Below, piece by piece: positions 1-14,650 of a DNA stretch of 64,000 nucleotides. Under the pieces are notes generated by a model. It saw nothing but the letters and a program-made list of their open reading frames with translations. It was not told where the DNA came from and made no database searches. The position numbers and the translations under genes are program-made. This DNA comes from the human T2T-CHM13v2.0 reference genome, Homo sapiens: assembly GCF_009914755.1 (NCBI RefSeq), contig NC_060929.1; one strand, 5' to 3'. The stretch's first letter is position 1; each line of letters starts with the position of its first letter.

Positions 1-1626
1 TTAGAACTAACAAATAAGTTCAGCAATGTGGCAGGATATAAGATCAATATATGAAATTCAATTGTATTTCTATACACTAGCAATGAATAATCTTAAAATG
101 AAATTAAGAAACAACCCTGCTTATAATAGCACAAAAGGAATAAAATACCTAGGAATGAATTTAACAAAAGAAATGCAAGACTTGAACACTCACAAACTAT
201 AAAACATTGAAAGAAATTAAAGATCTAAATAAATTAAAAGATATAAAATATTCCACCTCCGTAAATTAAGATAACAATTGTTAAGATGGGAATAATTCCT
301 AAATTGATTGAGAGTCAGTATAATCCCTTTCAAAATCCCAACTTTTTTTTAGATGTTGACAAGTTGGCTCTAACATTTATATGAAAATGCAGGGGGGCCA
401 GAAGAGTCTAACTAATCTTGAAAAAGAAGAACAAATACTGGAGGATTCATGCTTCTTAATTACAAAATATCCTACAAAGCTACAGTAATCAAGACCATGG
501 TACTGGCATAAGGATAAATATATACACAGATGGACCATAATCCCAAATCTAGATGTAAACCCTCACATTTATGGTCATTTGACTTTTTATAAGGTTGACA
601 GACAATTTAATGGGGAAAAATAGCCTTTTAAACACATAAAGCTAGGACAACTGATATCTATATGCAAACAAAAAAGAGAGAGAAAAGAATTTTGATGCTT
701 ATCTCATACCATATAAAAAATTAACTCAAAATAAAGATATAACTAAATATAGGAGCTAAAACTATAAAGATCTTATAATAAAATATAGGACCAAAGTCTT
801 GTGACTTTGAATTAGGCAGTTTTTCTGATATGACACTAAAAGTACAAATGGCAAAAGAAAAAACAAACAAATTGGACTTCAATGAAATTAAAAATTTTGT
901 GCCTCAAAGGCCAACATCAAAAAACTGAAAAGTCACCTTACAGGATTGTAGAAAATATTTTCAAATGTATCTGACAAGGCAGTTTTATCCAGATTACATA
1001 AAGAAGTCTTACAATGCAGCAATAAAAGCACAAATAACCCAATTAAAATGGGCAAAGGATTTGAATTGACATTTTTCATAAGATGATAAAGAAATAATGG
1101 TCAATTATCACAAACAAATATGCTAAATATAATTAGCCATTAGAAAATTGCTAATCAAAACCGTAATGGGATACTACTTTTCACCTGCTAAGATGGTGAA
1201 AATTAAAAAGACAGGTAATAGCAAGTCTTGAAGGGATGTAGGTAAATTGGAGCACATACATTAATGGTGGGAATGTAAATGGTGAAGCCACTGTGGGAAA
1301 CATTCTAGGAGTTCCTCAAAATGCTAAATACAGTATACACCCAAGATTAATGAAAATGTATGTCCATACAAAAACTTGTAAATGAACATTTATAGCAACA
1401 TTATTCATAATAGCCAAAAAGTGGAAACAAACTAAATGTCCATCAACTGATGCATGGATAAACAAAACGCATTATATTCATAACAATGGAATATTATTTG
1501 GCAATAAAAAGAAATGAAGTACTAATACATGTTACAATACGAGGCACCTTGAAAACATGGTCAGAAGAAGCCAAACACAAAACACCACATGTTACATAAA
1601 TTCATTTATGGGAAATGTTCATAATA

Positions 1627-1657
<31 letters not shown>

Positions 1658-1920
1658 GAAAATAACAGGTAAATTCACAGAGACAAAAAGAAAAATTTTT
1701 TTTCTGACTCCCAGGGACTAGGCTGAGTGTGGGGAGTCAGAAAAGAAGAATAACCATGAATGAGTATTTCATTTCAGTTGGAAGTGATAAAAGTTTCCAC
1801 AATTAGACTGTGGTGATGGTTTCACAACTATGTGAATATACTAAAATTCACTGAAATGAAAAATTTAAATAGGTAAATTTTATGGTATGTGAACTAGAAC
1901 TTAACAAAACTTTAAAAAAT
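1..1920 (+). mobile_element. Old LINE-1 (L1MB-like), 3' part of ORF2 and 3' UTR, decayed
   Basis: L1 ORF2 motifs (AAAGCTACAGTAATCAAGAC; GGAAACAAACTAAATGTCCATCAACTGATG; TGTGGTGATGGTTTCACAACTATGTGAATATACTAAAA); no long ORF. Confidence 0.85.
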
Positions 1921-1927
1921 AGATTAG

Positions 1928-1929
<2 letters not shown>

Positions 1930-1965
<36 letters not shown>

Positions 1966-2322
1966 CTACTACCACCACCTAGAGATAATCATGTTAATAT
2001 TTTTGTGTATAATTCAGACTTTTCTGTAAGTATGCATACAGAACATGCATTCTAATGTTAATATATTGATCATATATGTGCATATTTATAAGTGTATGTA
2101 TATACATGTAAACATACACATATATGCATGTATATGTGTATATATACACGTGCATGCATATCTGTATATGTATGTATTTACTCAAGTATGTATATATGTA
2201 TTTACACATACATATGTGTTTATGTATTACATATAAACATACATATTTATATATATTATATACATTTGTGTATGCGTATGTATATATACATAATGTATAC
2301 GTGTATATACACACACACACAC
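1930..2322. repeat. (TG)n microsatellite followed by degenerate (TA/TG/CA) low-complexity tract
   Basis: Directly visible; source of the Y/I/C/V-rich spurious ORFs in the track. Confidence 0.95.
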
Positions 2323-5300
2323 ATAATTGATTTAACCATTCTTCCCTTAAAGGAGAGACCTTTTCAAAGTGTGCTCACTCAGTTTCTGTTTGATTTTGTA
2401 TTTGTGAGTTAAAATGAAAGTCTGACTCGTGTCTAAGATTTTATAAAACTTATTAGAGAAAAAAAGAGAAAAACACAAGCATTAATCTATTTATTTTAAA
2501 AACTACTGCTGTCCGAACAATTTTATGTTGCCTTGTAAGTGGTACTCTTTTTTCATTTATGCTGTATTTAGAACATTAGTTACCATAACGACAAGATATA
2601 ATTCATCATATAGGAACTCAACTTGAGGAGCATTGTCTAGTAAGAATTTTTAGATTATGTTTAAACATAAAGATGAAAGACAGTTCTATATATTATTAAG
2701 TTTAGTCTTCTGCATCTAGGATAGGTTGCCCTAAAACTTCCAAACAGATAGGCTGTAAACTGATTTTTTAAAAGAAATATAAAACGAGACTTGTGGAATC
2801 AAAATCCTACTATCTCATTTCAAAATTTGATTCAGGATTCTAAAACCAAGGTGTAGGTATTCTCTGTGGAATAAATCTTAAATAATTCTCCCATTTACTT
2901 TTTCCTGGGTATGCAAAAACAAAAACAAAAACATAAACAAAAACCTGCACGTAACAGCCTTTCTTAACCCCAGCTCTTATCAAACATGGCTGAGCTCCAA
3001 AAACATACTAGCAATGTGCCTTTTTAGCCACGAAAGGGAGACTTTTCTTCTGCCATGTTTGCTTCACTGCCTTTCATTAAGATCAATCATATTTAATCTT
3101 TTGGCTCATCCATCTCTTTGGGACTCTGCTAAAACCCAGGGCCCTATTTATAAAGAAAATGTACGTAATACACACAATTTTATTCAAATTTCAGAGGTTT
3201 CATGGGTCCCCCAAAAGCTCATCTATATCCCTGTAAGGTTAAATTCTTGGATTACATTCTAATGGATTCTATCTTTCCATTTCATTCATTTTCATTTACT
3301 CATTCATTTGTTCAGCCAAACATTTACTGAAGCTCATGATATGGCATGCACTCTCCTAAGTACTGGTAGTCACATGACTTCTGTGTCACTCAGGAGACTT
3401 TGTGAGGACTAGCAGGCTCTGGAAGGCTGAGTATTGCTCTCTGTGCTCTGACACAGTGCAACTCTACTTGTTTTACAGAAAAGTGATTCCTTTGTTTGAT
3501 GCACCTGGCTATTATGATTTCCTTCTAGATGTATAGTCCTATGTAGCTCTGTGAAAGCCTTTTTCCTAGCAACACAGGATTTTGTAGAAAACACAGCATT
3601 CCAGGTCAGAAGGTTTCAATTCAGCCCCAGCGTTACCATTTCCTATTCCCATAGACCTAGACAAGTCATCTAACTTCTTAAATCCTTAATTTCTTCCCCT
3701 GGAAAATGGAGCTAATAATAATGACTACCTTAAATTACCTCTGTCTGGGAGTATGAGTTTAAAAAGCAACAAAATAAGAAAATGGATGTTGAAGCATTTT
3801 CAAAGCATAAAACAAATAATCATTAGTATACTATTGTTGTCATTATGCCATTGTTATTACTGAGAATCAGACCAAAAGATCACTTTTGGCTCTATAGGGT
3901 AACAGAGAGGTGAGAGAACCCATCTCAGTTTTCTCCTCCAATTTGAATTCAACTAAAGGTTGTTGGAAGAAAGCAGGTATCATAGTTTCAAAACTGTGAG
4001 ACCTCTCACGAGGCAATTCCCAGCCTCTTATTTGCAGCTATAGTGCACCAAATTATAATGAATTACATGCACACACGTTCACTTTACATAAACCCAGGTC
4101 ACTTCTAAGCATTTTCAGGAATAAAAATACATTTTAATTGCTTGTCCTGGGCATATCTTTAAAAGGCCTTTGCAAATGGTATTAGGAATTATTTTGGTGG
4201 GAAGTAACAGAAACCAGCTCTACTTGCCTAAACTTCCATATGAGGCATTTATTTTCAAGATAAGCAGGGTCTTACGGATCTCATGAGCTGGGCTGAGTTG
4301 CCTGGCCATCAGGAAAGGCTGATGCAAAGGCAGTCAGAACCCTCAGAACTCCTCCTCCACCCCGCTTCTCTGTGTGGTGTGCTCACATTGTTCCTGACTC
4401 TTTCTCATCAGATCAGCTTCCTCTTCCCCTGAACATAGCAGGCAAAATATAATTATATGTGACTGTACCCAACTTGACATGTTTGTGCCCAGTGCCCGAG
4501 ATAAATGGAATCTAGCTCTTTGCCCCAATTCCACACCCCCAGAGATGGGACTTAGATTGGCCTAAGTTGTATTAAGCACCTGTTGAGATTTAGGAGGACC
4601 CAATAACACCCAAATATCCTCTTTCCAACCCAGATTTTAAAGCATTTGAGAAAATAATAGAGAGATGGAGAAGTACCCTATCAACTGTATTACAAATAAA
4701 GGTAGTTTAAATGTGCTGAAACAGTGGGATTCCAATTGGGGGCAGGAGCCTTTACCCAGTGGTAGGAAACTGGCACAGCAAATGCTCCCTGGAAGCAGAG
4801 AGCACCCAGAAGAGGCAAGAGGGATGGCCTGAACCAAGCAAACCCATGTATTCATCTGGAACTCATCAATCAGATGACTTACTCCTCCTCTGTTGGAGGA
4901 AGGAGTGAAGGAGGCTGGTGGTATTGTAGAGGCAGGGCTTCCTCTGCCTGGATGAGTTTCAGGCCTGAGAGGACGTGTTCTCCCCTCGTACAGTGCTTAC
5001 TCCTCATCTACTCAACTGTGTCTGTGGGCATGGGATAGAGTCATGGGGACAGTCATGGTTCTTTTGGACAGCAGGACAATTAAGGGAATAATTGTGAACC
5101 AAGTGTGTACTTCAAAAGGTGTGTACTACAGCTATTTCTCCTTTTAGATAAATAGAGAATCCCTGGAGGGTTATGATTGGGCCTTGAGTTCAATGCTGTC
5201 AGAAACATGGCAGGAGAGAAGTTGAGACCACTGCACTACTCTTCAAATAAGGGGACTCTTCATTCAATCTCTGCTCTTATTGTGGCAGGAGAGGTTTCCT

Positions 5301-5611
5301 GTCCCCTTCACCCTCTCTGGCCTTTCCATTTTTCAGCCTTACAAGAAGGAGTTCTTGTTTTGTTTTGATCTAGCCTAGCATGTGCTAAAGTTAAGCAGTT
5401 TGGTGCAGTCAGCATTGGGGTTTGGGTGGGGTATTTATATCTTGTAGTTGTTCCATTATGAACAACTGCAAGGCACAAGCTGATTCTAAGGAGGCTTCTG
5501 TTCTACTAAGACACATAGCAGAAATATGATTGTTGACATTAACCAAGCTTTATGGCTTGCAGCTTCACCCCCCTCCAGGAGAGAATGACTTTACTATCTA
5601 GAATTCAAGTT

Positions 5612-7282
5612 AGCTTTGTCAAAGATCAGATAGTTGTAGGTTTATAGCCTTATCTCTGGGTTCTGTATTCTGTTTCATTGGTCTATGTGTCTGTTTTTGT
5701 ACCAGTACCATGCTGTTTGGGTTATTGTAGCCTTGTAGTATAGTTTGAAATCAGGTAGTGTGATGCCTCCAGCTTTGCTCTTTTGCTTAGGATTATCTTG
5801 GCTATTTGGGCTTTTTTTTGGTTTCATATAAATTTTAAAGTAGTTTTTTCTAGTTCTGTGAAGAATCTCAATGGTAGTTTAATAGGAATAGCACTGAATA
5901 TTTAAATTGCTTTGGACAGTGTGGCCATTTTAATGATATTGATTCTTCCTATCCATGAGCATGAATTTCTTTATCTATTTGTTTGTGTCATCTCTGATTT
6001 CTTTGAGCAGTGTTTTGTAGTTATCAATGTAGAGATCTTTCACCTCCCTAGTTAGTTGTATTCCTACATATTTTATTCTTTTTGTGGCAATTGTGAATGG
6101 GATTGTGTTCCAGATTTGGCTCTTGGCTTGACTGTTGTTGTACAGGAATGCTAATGATTTTTGTACTTGGATTATGGATCCTGAGACTTCGCTGGAGTCA
6201 TCAGATTAAGGAGCTTTTAGACCAATGCTATGTGGTTTTCTAGATATAGAATCATGTCATCTGCAAATAGCGATAGTTTGACTTCCTCTCTTCATATTTA
6301 GATGCCGTTGTTTTTCTCTCTTGCCTGATTACTCTGGCCAGGATTTCCAATAGTATGTTGAAGAGGAGTGGTGAGAGAAGGCATCCTTGTCTTGTGCTAG
6401 TTTTCAAGGAGAATGCTTCCAGCTTTTTTCAATTCAGTATGATGTTGGCTGTGGGTTTGTCATAGATGGCTCTTAGTATTTTGCAGCTGGTTCCTTCAAT
6501 ACCTAGTTCTTGAGGGTTTTTAACATGAAGGCATACTGAATTTTATCAAAAGCCTTTTCTTCTACTGAGATAATCATGTGGTTTTTGTCCTTAGCTCTGC
6601 TTATATGATGAATCACATTTATTGACTTGCATATGTTGAACCAACCTTACATCCCATGGGTAAAGCCTACTTGATCATGGTGGATAAACTTTTTGATGTG
6701 CTGTTGGATTCAGTTTGCAAGTATTTTGTTGAGAATTTTTGCATTGACGTTCTTCAAGGATATTGGCCTGAAGTTTACTTTTTCTGTTGTGTTTCTGCCA
6801 GGTTTTGGTATCAGGCTGATGCTGGCCTCATAGAATGAGCTGGGAAGGAGTCCCATCTCGTCAATATTTTTCAAATAGTTTCAGCAGGAATGGTACCAGC
6901 TCTTCTTTGTGCATCTGGTAGAATTCAGCTGTGAATTGGTCTGGTGCTGGGCCTTTGTTGGTAGGCTATTTATTGCTCATTCAATTTGGGAGCTTGTTTT
7001 TGGTCTGTTCAGGGATTCAATTTCTTCCTGGTTCAGTCTTGGGGGGATGTACGTTTTGAGGAATTTATCTGTTTTTTCTGAATTTTCTAGTTTGTGTGCA
7101 TTGAAGCTATGGATCTGATGGTTATTTGCATTTCTGTGGGGTCAGTGGTAATATCCACTTTGTAATTTCTAATTGATTTTATTTGGATCTTCTTTCTTTT
7201 CTTCTTTACTAGTCTAGCTAGCATAGTGGTCTATCTATTTTATTAATTTTTTGAAAAAACCAAGTCCTGGATTCATTGATCT
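5612..7282 (-). mobile_element. Primate L1 (L1PA/L1PB-type) internal ORF2 fragment without 3' UTR or poly(A)
   Basis: Reverse-strand L1 ORF2 sequence (GTACCAGTACCATGCTGTTT; GATGCTGGCCTCATAGAATGAG; TGGTAGAATTCAGCTGTGAAT). Confidence 0.92.
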
Positions 7283-7584
7283 AGTTACGCTTTTATTATC
7301 CTAAAGGATCTTACCTGGTTTTGTAACAAATTGAGCATTACTGTCTCAGCATTACTTACTTTCTTTGCTACTCCTTATCGAATCACAATTTTTCATATCA
7401 TCTTTGGAACTAGCTTTGATATCCATCTGCTTCTCTCATGAATACATAAAATCAAATCTTAACAAGTGCTCACTGTTTGCATTAAAATTATATTTTAATG
7501 GGTGGGTAATAATGACTCAGTTTCCTGCTGGGCTCTAATTTCTCACTCTTGGCTTCCTTTTCAAATACTTTGCTAATTTTTTCA

Positions 7585-7700
7585 TAAAGCAGATTCTGGG
7601 CTCCTTCCCCAGAAATTCTGATTCAGTGAGCTCTTGGAGAATAAGTATTTTTGAATGTTCTTCCTGTGATTCTAATGCATTACTAAGTTTGACTCACTGC
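7585..7700. mobile_element. MER5A-like hAT-Charlie fragment
   Basis: AAAGCAGATTCTGGGCTCCTTCCCCAGAAATTCTGATTCAGT...GTGATTCTAATGCA resembles MER5A. Confidence 0.55.
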
Positions 7701-8353
7701 CTTGATTAATATTAATAATCATATTAATACTAACAAATATTAAATTTATTATCTTAGATAAAATTAATAATAGTAGCTATTGATCATTTCCTTATTACCA
7801 GCCCCTGTGCTATGTGCTTTATATACATTGTGCCTTTTATTCTTATCTAATCTCTATCCAAACCCTAGACAAAAAGAGGCGGCTTGGAAAGCTCCATCCA
7901 TTTTTTAAGGGTACCAGACAAAATAGAATACAAAAAGAGTGCTTTATACCGCAAAAATAAGAATAGCTGACATTAATCATGCTGTTTCTTTTTGCCAAGT
8001 TCACTGATAAGGAATTTACACTTGGGTACCCCTCCCTTTGCCCCAGACTGAACTTCAATTATTTTTGCATGATTACATTCATTCATTAAATCATCCTAAT
8101 AGCATTTGTCAGCCTTCTACCATTTTCTAGCTACTGTCCTAAGGATACCAGGCAACACTGCACCTTATCTTTAAGAAGCTTATCAGCTTACAAAGCCAGG
8201 GAATCACTTTTTATAAAAAAAAATCAGGCCCTGGCCAATTTGCATACTTTTCTACCTGTATTCCAACACTTGCTCAGGATTATGATCTCCCAAATTCATG
8301 GCCTAGGACGAGAATCATTGCAGAGAGATCTGTCCAGACCTGATTACCTCTAA

Positions 8354-8776
8354 TGTTGCAGAACTTTCTCCTTAGTTCAGCTAAAACCGGGCTCTTGTCA
8401 CACAGCCAGGAAGGATTAGGCTCATGGACACATGGAAGGGTGAGAAAAATGGAATTTAGTGGGTGAAAAGGAAAAAGGAAAAATAACTCTCAGCAAAGTG
8501 AGAGAGAGTCCTTCTAGCAGGTTTCCCACCTCACAGATTGAATCCCAGGTCACCATACAGGGACAGGAGAGGCCAGGCTCCTCCTCACTGAAACACTGTG
8601 CACTTCCCGAGGCTCTACCCCATCCTCCCAGTGTGCAGATGGGGATTAGTCAAAAAGAATCCGCTGGGAAATGGCAGGCTTCATCTAGGACCACAGTCCA
8701 GCTTTTCAGCCTTGCTATTTTAGGCTTGAAGGTGGGGTTTCACCGGGGCACCCTTGGCTGCCTTCTGTCTCTATCA
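8354..8776 (-). mobile_element. Solo ERV1-class LTR (subfamily not assigned)
   Basis: TG...CA termini (TGTTGCAGAACTTTCTCCTTAGTTCAGC...GTCTCTATCA); 4-bp flanks CTAA/CTAG fit an ERV1 TSD with one mismatch. Confidence 0.75.
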
Positions 8777-8949
8777 CTAGATCTTTTGGGCCCTTTGTTA
8801 AAAGGCAATTATTTTAGGTACTACCTATCTCCACAAACTCTCAAGCAGAGTTTGGCAGGTATTGAAAACGTTCAGACTAAATCTTTTGGTTGGCTAAGAA
8901 ATAGTTATACAGTACAGAGCCTGTAGATTGCAAGGGTTGATGGGTAGAA

Positions 8950-9700
<751 letters not shown>

Positions 9701-11154
9701 TATCACTTTGTTGATGCTCTGCAACATAGAGAAATAGAGACACTTGACATTCACAAAAGAGATTCCCCACTAATGCCATGATTATCTAAATTCACAAATG
9801 CCACCACAGTGCAGCAGGTATGAATCTCAATACACAACTTAGGTGTGTAAGAAGTTTAATTTTCTGTAACTTAATTCCTATTATGAGCTTCTTTACATCA
9901 AGAGGCAAAAACCTAGTATCATTCAATTCAGGGTGCATTCCTCCTTTAGAGGGTGGCATTTCTAGAGAGGGTAGTGTAGTACCCAGGCATTGTGGGACAG
10001 GCTTTATCAACCGCTATTCTCCTCTGCTTTGATAGCCTCGGCCCTACCTGACCTCGGTCCCTGGTACCACAGGTGGTTGCTGGCTGGTTCTTGGTCCTGG
10101 CCCAGGGCTCCTTTGGAGCTGTGTCTATCTGATTGTTGGACCCAGCCCGGTGTGTTGGGGGTGCCCTGCTCTTCTCTGCCTATGCATGCCTGTCCTAGGT
10201 CCATCTTCCTGGAACTATCACCTAGCTATTTCTACTCTGGGGCCTCACCTTCCAGGGCATAACGAGAAGCTGGGCACAGCTCTTTTTTTCACTCAGATCC
10301 CTCAAACCTATCTGAAATTTTGTCACCCCCACTCCGAGAAATTCATCCATCTGGGCATGGATTGGCAGAGGAGAGAGAGTTTAAAGAGCCACTTTTTTGG
10401 ATATAAACTGGGGTCAGAGCTTCCTCGCTTCCCTGCACCTCCTTACCTCCTCTTAATTTGAGCAAACTTTCCAGTCTAGGAGGCTAGGAAGATTTGCTTC
10501 TACCTTCTCTACGCCTGGCTCCCCCTCAAATCCTATGACTTGAAATGCAAAGGCAATGGTTTTTAAAGTTCAAAATCTTTTACTCTGTGTCTTGTCCTCC
10601 CTGGAGAATTCAATCTCTCTCCCCTTAGGCAAATTTAGGGAAAGGTGAAGGGGTTAAAAGGAAATACCAAGGAAGACACACCAATTCGTGCAAAATATTT
10701 TTCCACCACAAAAACATACAAATTCACACACCAAATACATAGAACATAGTTAAAGGAATTAATCTACCCATTTTCACTCTCAGTGAGAAATTCCACAAGA
10801 ACATAGAAACTAATAAAGGTGTAATGAGATGTGGATGTTGTCTTGGAGAGGCTCACTGATTAACAAAATTATTTACTTCCATGCATCACACTCTTATGTT
10901 ATGGGAGTCAAAAGAGAGACTCCATAAAGTACAAATTGTTCCCTGTTATCTTGTAATACTTTCAACAGTTCCTATCTAAGCCCCAAGGTTGTAGGAGGGC
11001 TTCTTGTTCTATGCTTCTCTAACACCCTGGGTAAACATCAATCTCAACTCAAAAACGTACACAGAGTAAGACAGCAAGGATTGAGCAATGACTATCAAGA
11101 TTTTGCTGCCAAGCAGAGTCTAAGCTCTGGAGTGTATGGTAAATATTTTTTAAA

Positions 11155-11640
11155 TGTCTGTATATTATGATGTTTTGACATCTTAAGCCTTTCTGGCTGG
11201 GGAAAGAATGCATGTCTTTGATATGCAAAGTAACCAATCTAGAGCCAAGCCTCCTTTGTCTGGCCTGTATATCACAGGAGGTAATATTTCTCTGCCTTAA
11301 TCATTCCAGAGCCAAGTGTCAGGAAACTCAGAACCACCCCTAAAGCCCAAAGCTCACCAAAGTTATTCCAACTGGCTAAACCTAAACTGTTCACTCTGCT
11401 CTGCCTTGCCTTTCCCACGGAAATGCCAATAAAGGCAATGGCCTAAACCTTTCCCTGGCTCCTGCCGTCTGCCTCCTGACCATTCCTCCTGACCACGGTG
11501 TGTTTCCCATGTGGCTCCTGCAGGGCGTGCCTCTTGTCTCTAAGACCTGTACTTACAATATATATTTTTTTCTTTGAGCCTCTTCTGTGTCTCCTGTTGT
11601 GGCCACATCTGACTGATTATCACATAAAATAATACGCAAC
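11155..11640 (+). mobile_element. Probable old ERV LTR fragment
   Basis: LTR-like layout with AATAAA (GCCAATAAAGGC) followed by a pyrimidine-rich U5-like segment; family not resolved. Confidence 0.45.
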
Positions 11641-12074
11641 ATGGGAGAGGAATTCTGAAGGGGGAAAAGTGAAGTGGGTATTTTACAACAAAAGACGACA
11701 AACTGCATCTATGGAGAGGAAAAAAAGCAAAGCCTCTCTGTTGCTGCCTAGCTTCTTCTACCTGGGCTTGTGGGCTGGGTTGGCACGGAGCTGGCTGCAG
11801 AGGCACAGCATCTATCTCATGACCAGAGCATCTAGCTGCCCCTGTTGCACACATGAGGGGTCATGTTGAGATTATGGCTTCCAGTCACTCCTGCACGTTC
11901 TGCAGGCTAGGGAGCCAGGTCAGCGGAAGCCACCACTTTCCAGTCATTACCAGTTAATCTTTCAACCTCTTGTGACTAAGCTCATAGAGGGCAGAAACCA
12001 TACTTTACTCATCCTTGTAACCCATCACCCTGCACAGGAACTAGCACACAGAAAATGCTCAGCAACACTCAACA

Positions 12075-12442
<368 letters not shown>

Positions 12443-13034
12443 CTATCCCATTTCATCCTCACAAAGAGTCCCTGAGGTGCATGCAGCATCACATAGAGGA
12501 CATGCACATCGCCTAGGGTCACACACCTGGTAAGTGACAGAGCCAATATTTCAATCAGGAGTGGCTGACTCCTGAGGCTCAGCTCCTAAACACCTGCAAT
12601 GCTGAATAGAAAGCACCGAGAAGCATTCTACAACTTCCTCGAGCATCAGGAGACTGCTCTTTAGAAGTCCAGGGCAGCTAGATCTGGAGTTGATGTGGAC
12701 TGTAGGACCTGTGTTTCCATGGTTGCAGGCCTGCCAAGATTTCTGAGTAAGATAAAGCACAGAGATGAGAGCCTGAGCTTTTTTGTCAAATGATAAATCC
12801 TGAGATAGTTACATTTGTATTCACTAGCCTCTTTTCCAAAAGGTTCAAAGAGAGCTCGATGTCCAGCAGCAAGAAAACACACACATAAAGCAACAACAGC
12901 TGAATAGATCAGGCGCCCCGAGTTCACTACATTTTGGGGGGATCATCCCTCAGGTTCAAGCTTTCTCTTCTGTAAAATGAGGAGATTGTGATTCTCACTG
13001 TGATTCTCCATCTGTGGACTGACAACAAATAATA

Positions 13035-13166
13035 TTTTAAAACACAATTTCCAGGTTTCCGCTCTGCAGCGTTTTTATTTCAGCAGGTTTTCGGCAAAGC
13101 CTAGGAGTTTGTATTTTTAAAGCTCATTGAGTGATTCTAATGCTCAGCCTAGTTTGGGAACCACTG
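13035..13166. mobile_element. MER5A-like fragment
   Basis: GTGATTCTAATGCTCAGCCTAGTTTGGGAACCACTG terminal motif. Confidence 0.6.
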
Positions 13167-13849
13167 GTCTGGGTGATCTCCTTGGTTGCTTCCTGACTGG
13201 ATTACCCATTTTGGTGATTAAATCCCCGAGTTCTATCAGACGAGTACAGGGGTACTATAGAATGTTTAAGAAATGTTAAACTGAGTCTGGGGATGGGGAC
13301 CAGAAAAAGTATCTGGAGAATGTGACAATACTAATTTACCTGATGAACGATAAGAAAGACAGTGCCTTTTTATAATGAACATCTTTTGATTTTGCAGGCC
13401 CAGCATTCGTTTTCCTACTGTTGAAAAAAAATGTCTTGATATTCCTCTGAGATATCACTCCATTCCCATCTCTTAATCCCTGTGTTTTGAGTGGGTTTGA
13501 AGCCATGGTGCTGGTGACCTCAAGGGCTATCTCTGCTTGGCTGCCCAGTGTAGGCATGGGACCCAAGCTAGGCCAATAGGACTCAAACCCAGAGTTTTTG
13601 ATGGCTTGGTTGTAAAGCTAGGACTTTTTAATCTTGGAGCTGCTGGCAGCCCTCTTCCATCATTGCAGGGAAGAAGCCTATGTACAATAGGGAAAAATGA
13701 GGCCAACACATAGAACACAGACAGTGTAAATCAACCTCTAAAAGCACAATCTGTCAGGTTTTAAATAGTGATGCATTTTATTACACCTAGATTGAATTTT
13801 GTCAGTGACCGATACCATGTACATATTTAACAGAAGGCTGCCAGAATAT

Positions 13850-14650
13850 GATAAGGTATTTGTAATGTCAAAGAAGAAAAAGAAGACTAATATCTTTTAG
13901 AATAAGCAAGAAAGTCCTGTAAATCAAGAAGAAAAAGATTGCAAATGAGTACATGATCTGAATAGAAAATTTACAGAAAAGGAAACTCCAAAAGTTAACA
14001 AACCCAGAAATGAGCTGCTCAAAATCATGATGATCAAGAAAAGTTCAAATTAAAACAATTAAATATTACTTTATACCCATTAAACTGGCAGAAATTAGGA
14101 AGCTGGATATCGCCAAAGGTTGGAGGGAATGTGGAAATACAGGACCCTCCATGTATTGCTGGTGTGACTGTGCACCACTGTAGCTTTTTTTGCAAGGAAC
14201 TAGGCCCAAATTGGTCAAATTAGCTCTACATAAGCCACAAACCCAGTAACCTACCAGTGCTGTTGCAGGTTCTACATACCAGTGGATTTCTCTCAGGTTC
14301 ACAAAAGGGCATGTGTAAGGTTCATAGAAATATTGTCTGTGGTAGCAGGGAGCTAGAGGTACCCATCACTAGGAGAAGGAGTGAGGAAAATGTGGTAGTT
14401 CCACACCATTGATTATTATGTAGCAGTCATAATCAAGAAAAAATATATTATACAAACAAAGTGAGAAAAGGAGAAAACAGAATAAGGTCTATAGCCAAGT
14501 ACCACTTGCACAAATTAAAAATACATGTACACAAAACAATTTATATTTTGAAAAGACATATCCAATAAAAGTCTATACATATTAAAAATATTAAAATGGA
14601 TGCCCCCAAAGGATCCTTAGTTCTATGGGTGTTAAAAAAAAAAAAAAGAA
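13850..14650 (+). mobile_element. Ancient L1 (L1ME-like) fragment
   Basis: AAATTAAAACAATT...TACTTTATACCCATTAAACTGGCAGAAATT resembles the L1 ORF2 3' region. Confidence 0.55.

Noticed and set aside
1994-2412. Overlapping 63-108 aa ORFs rich in Y/I/C/V/H
   Set aside because: Translations of a TA/TG low-complexity tract
8459-8926. 155-aa ORF
   Set aside because: Mostly inside a solo LTR, GTG start, no recognisable domain
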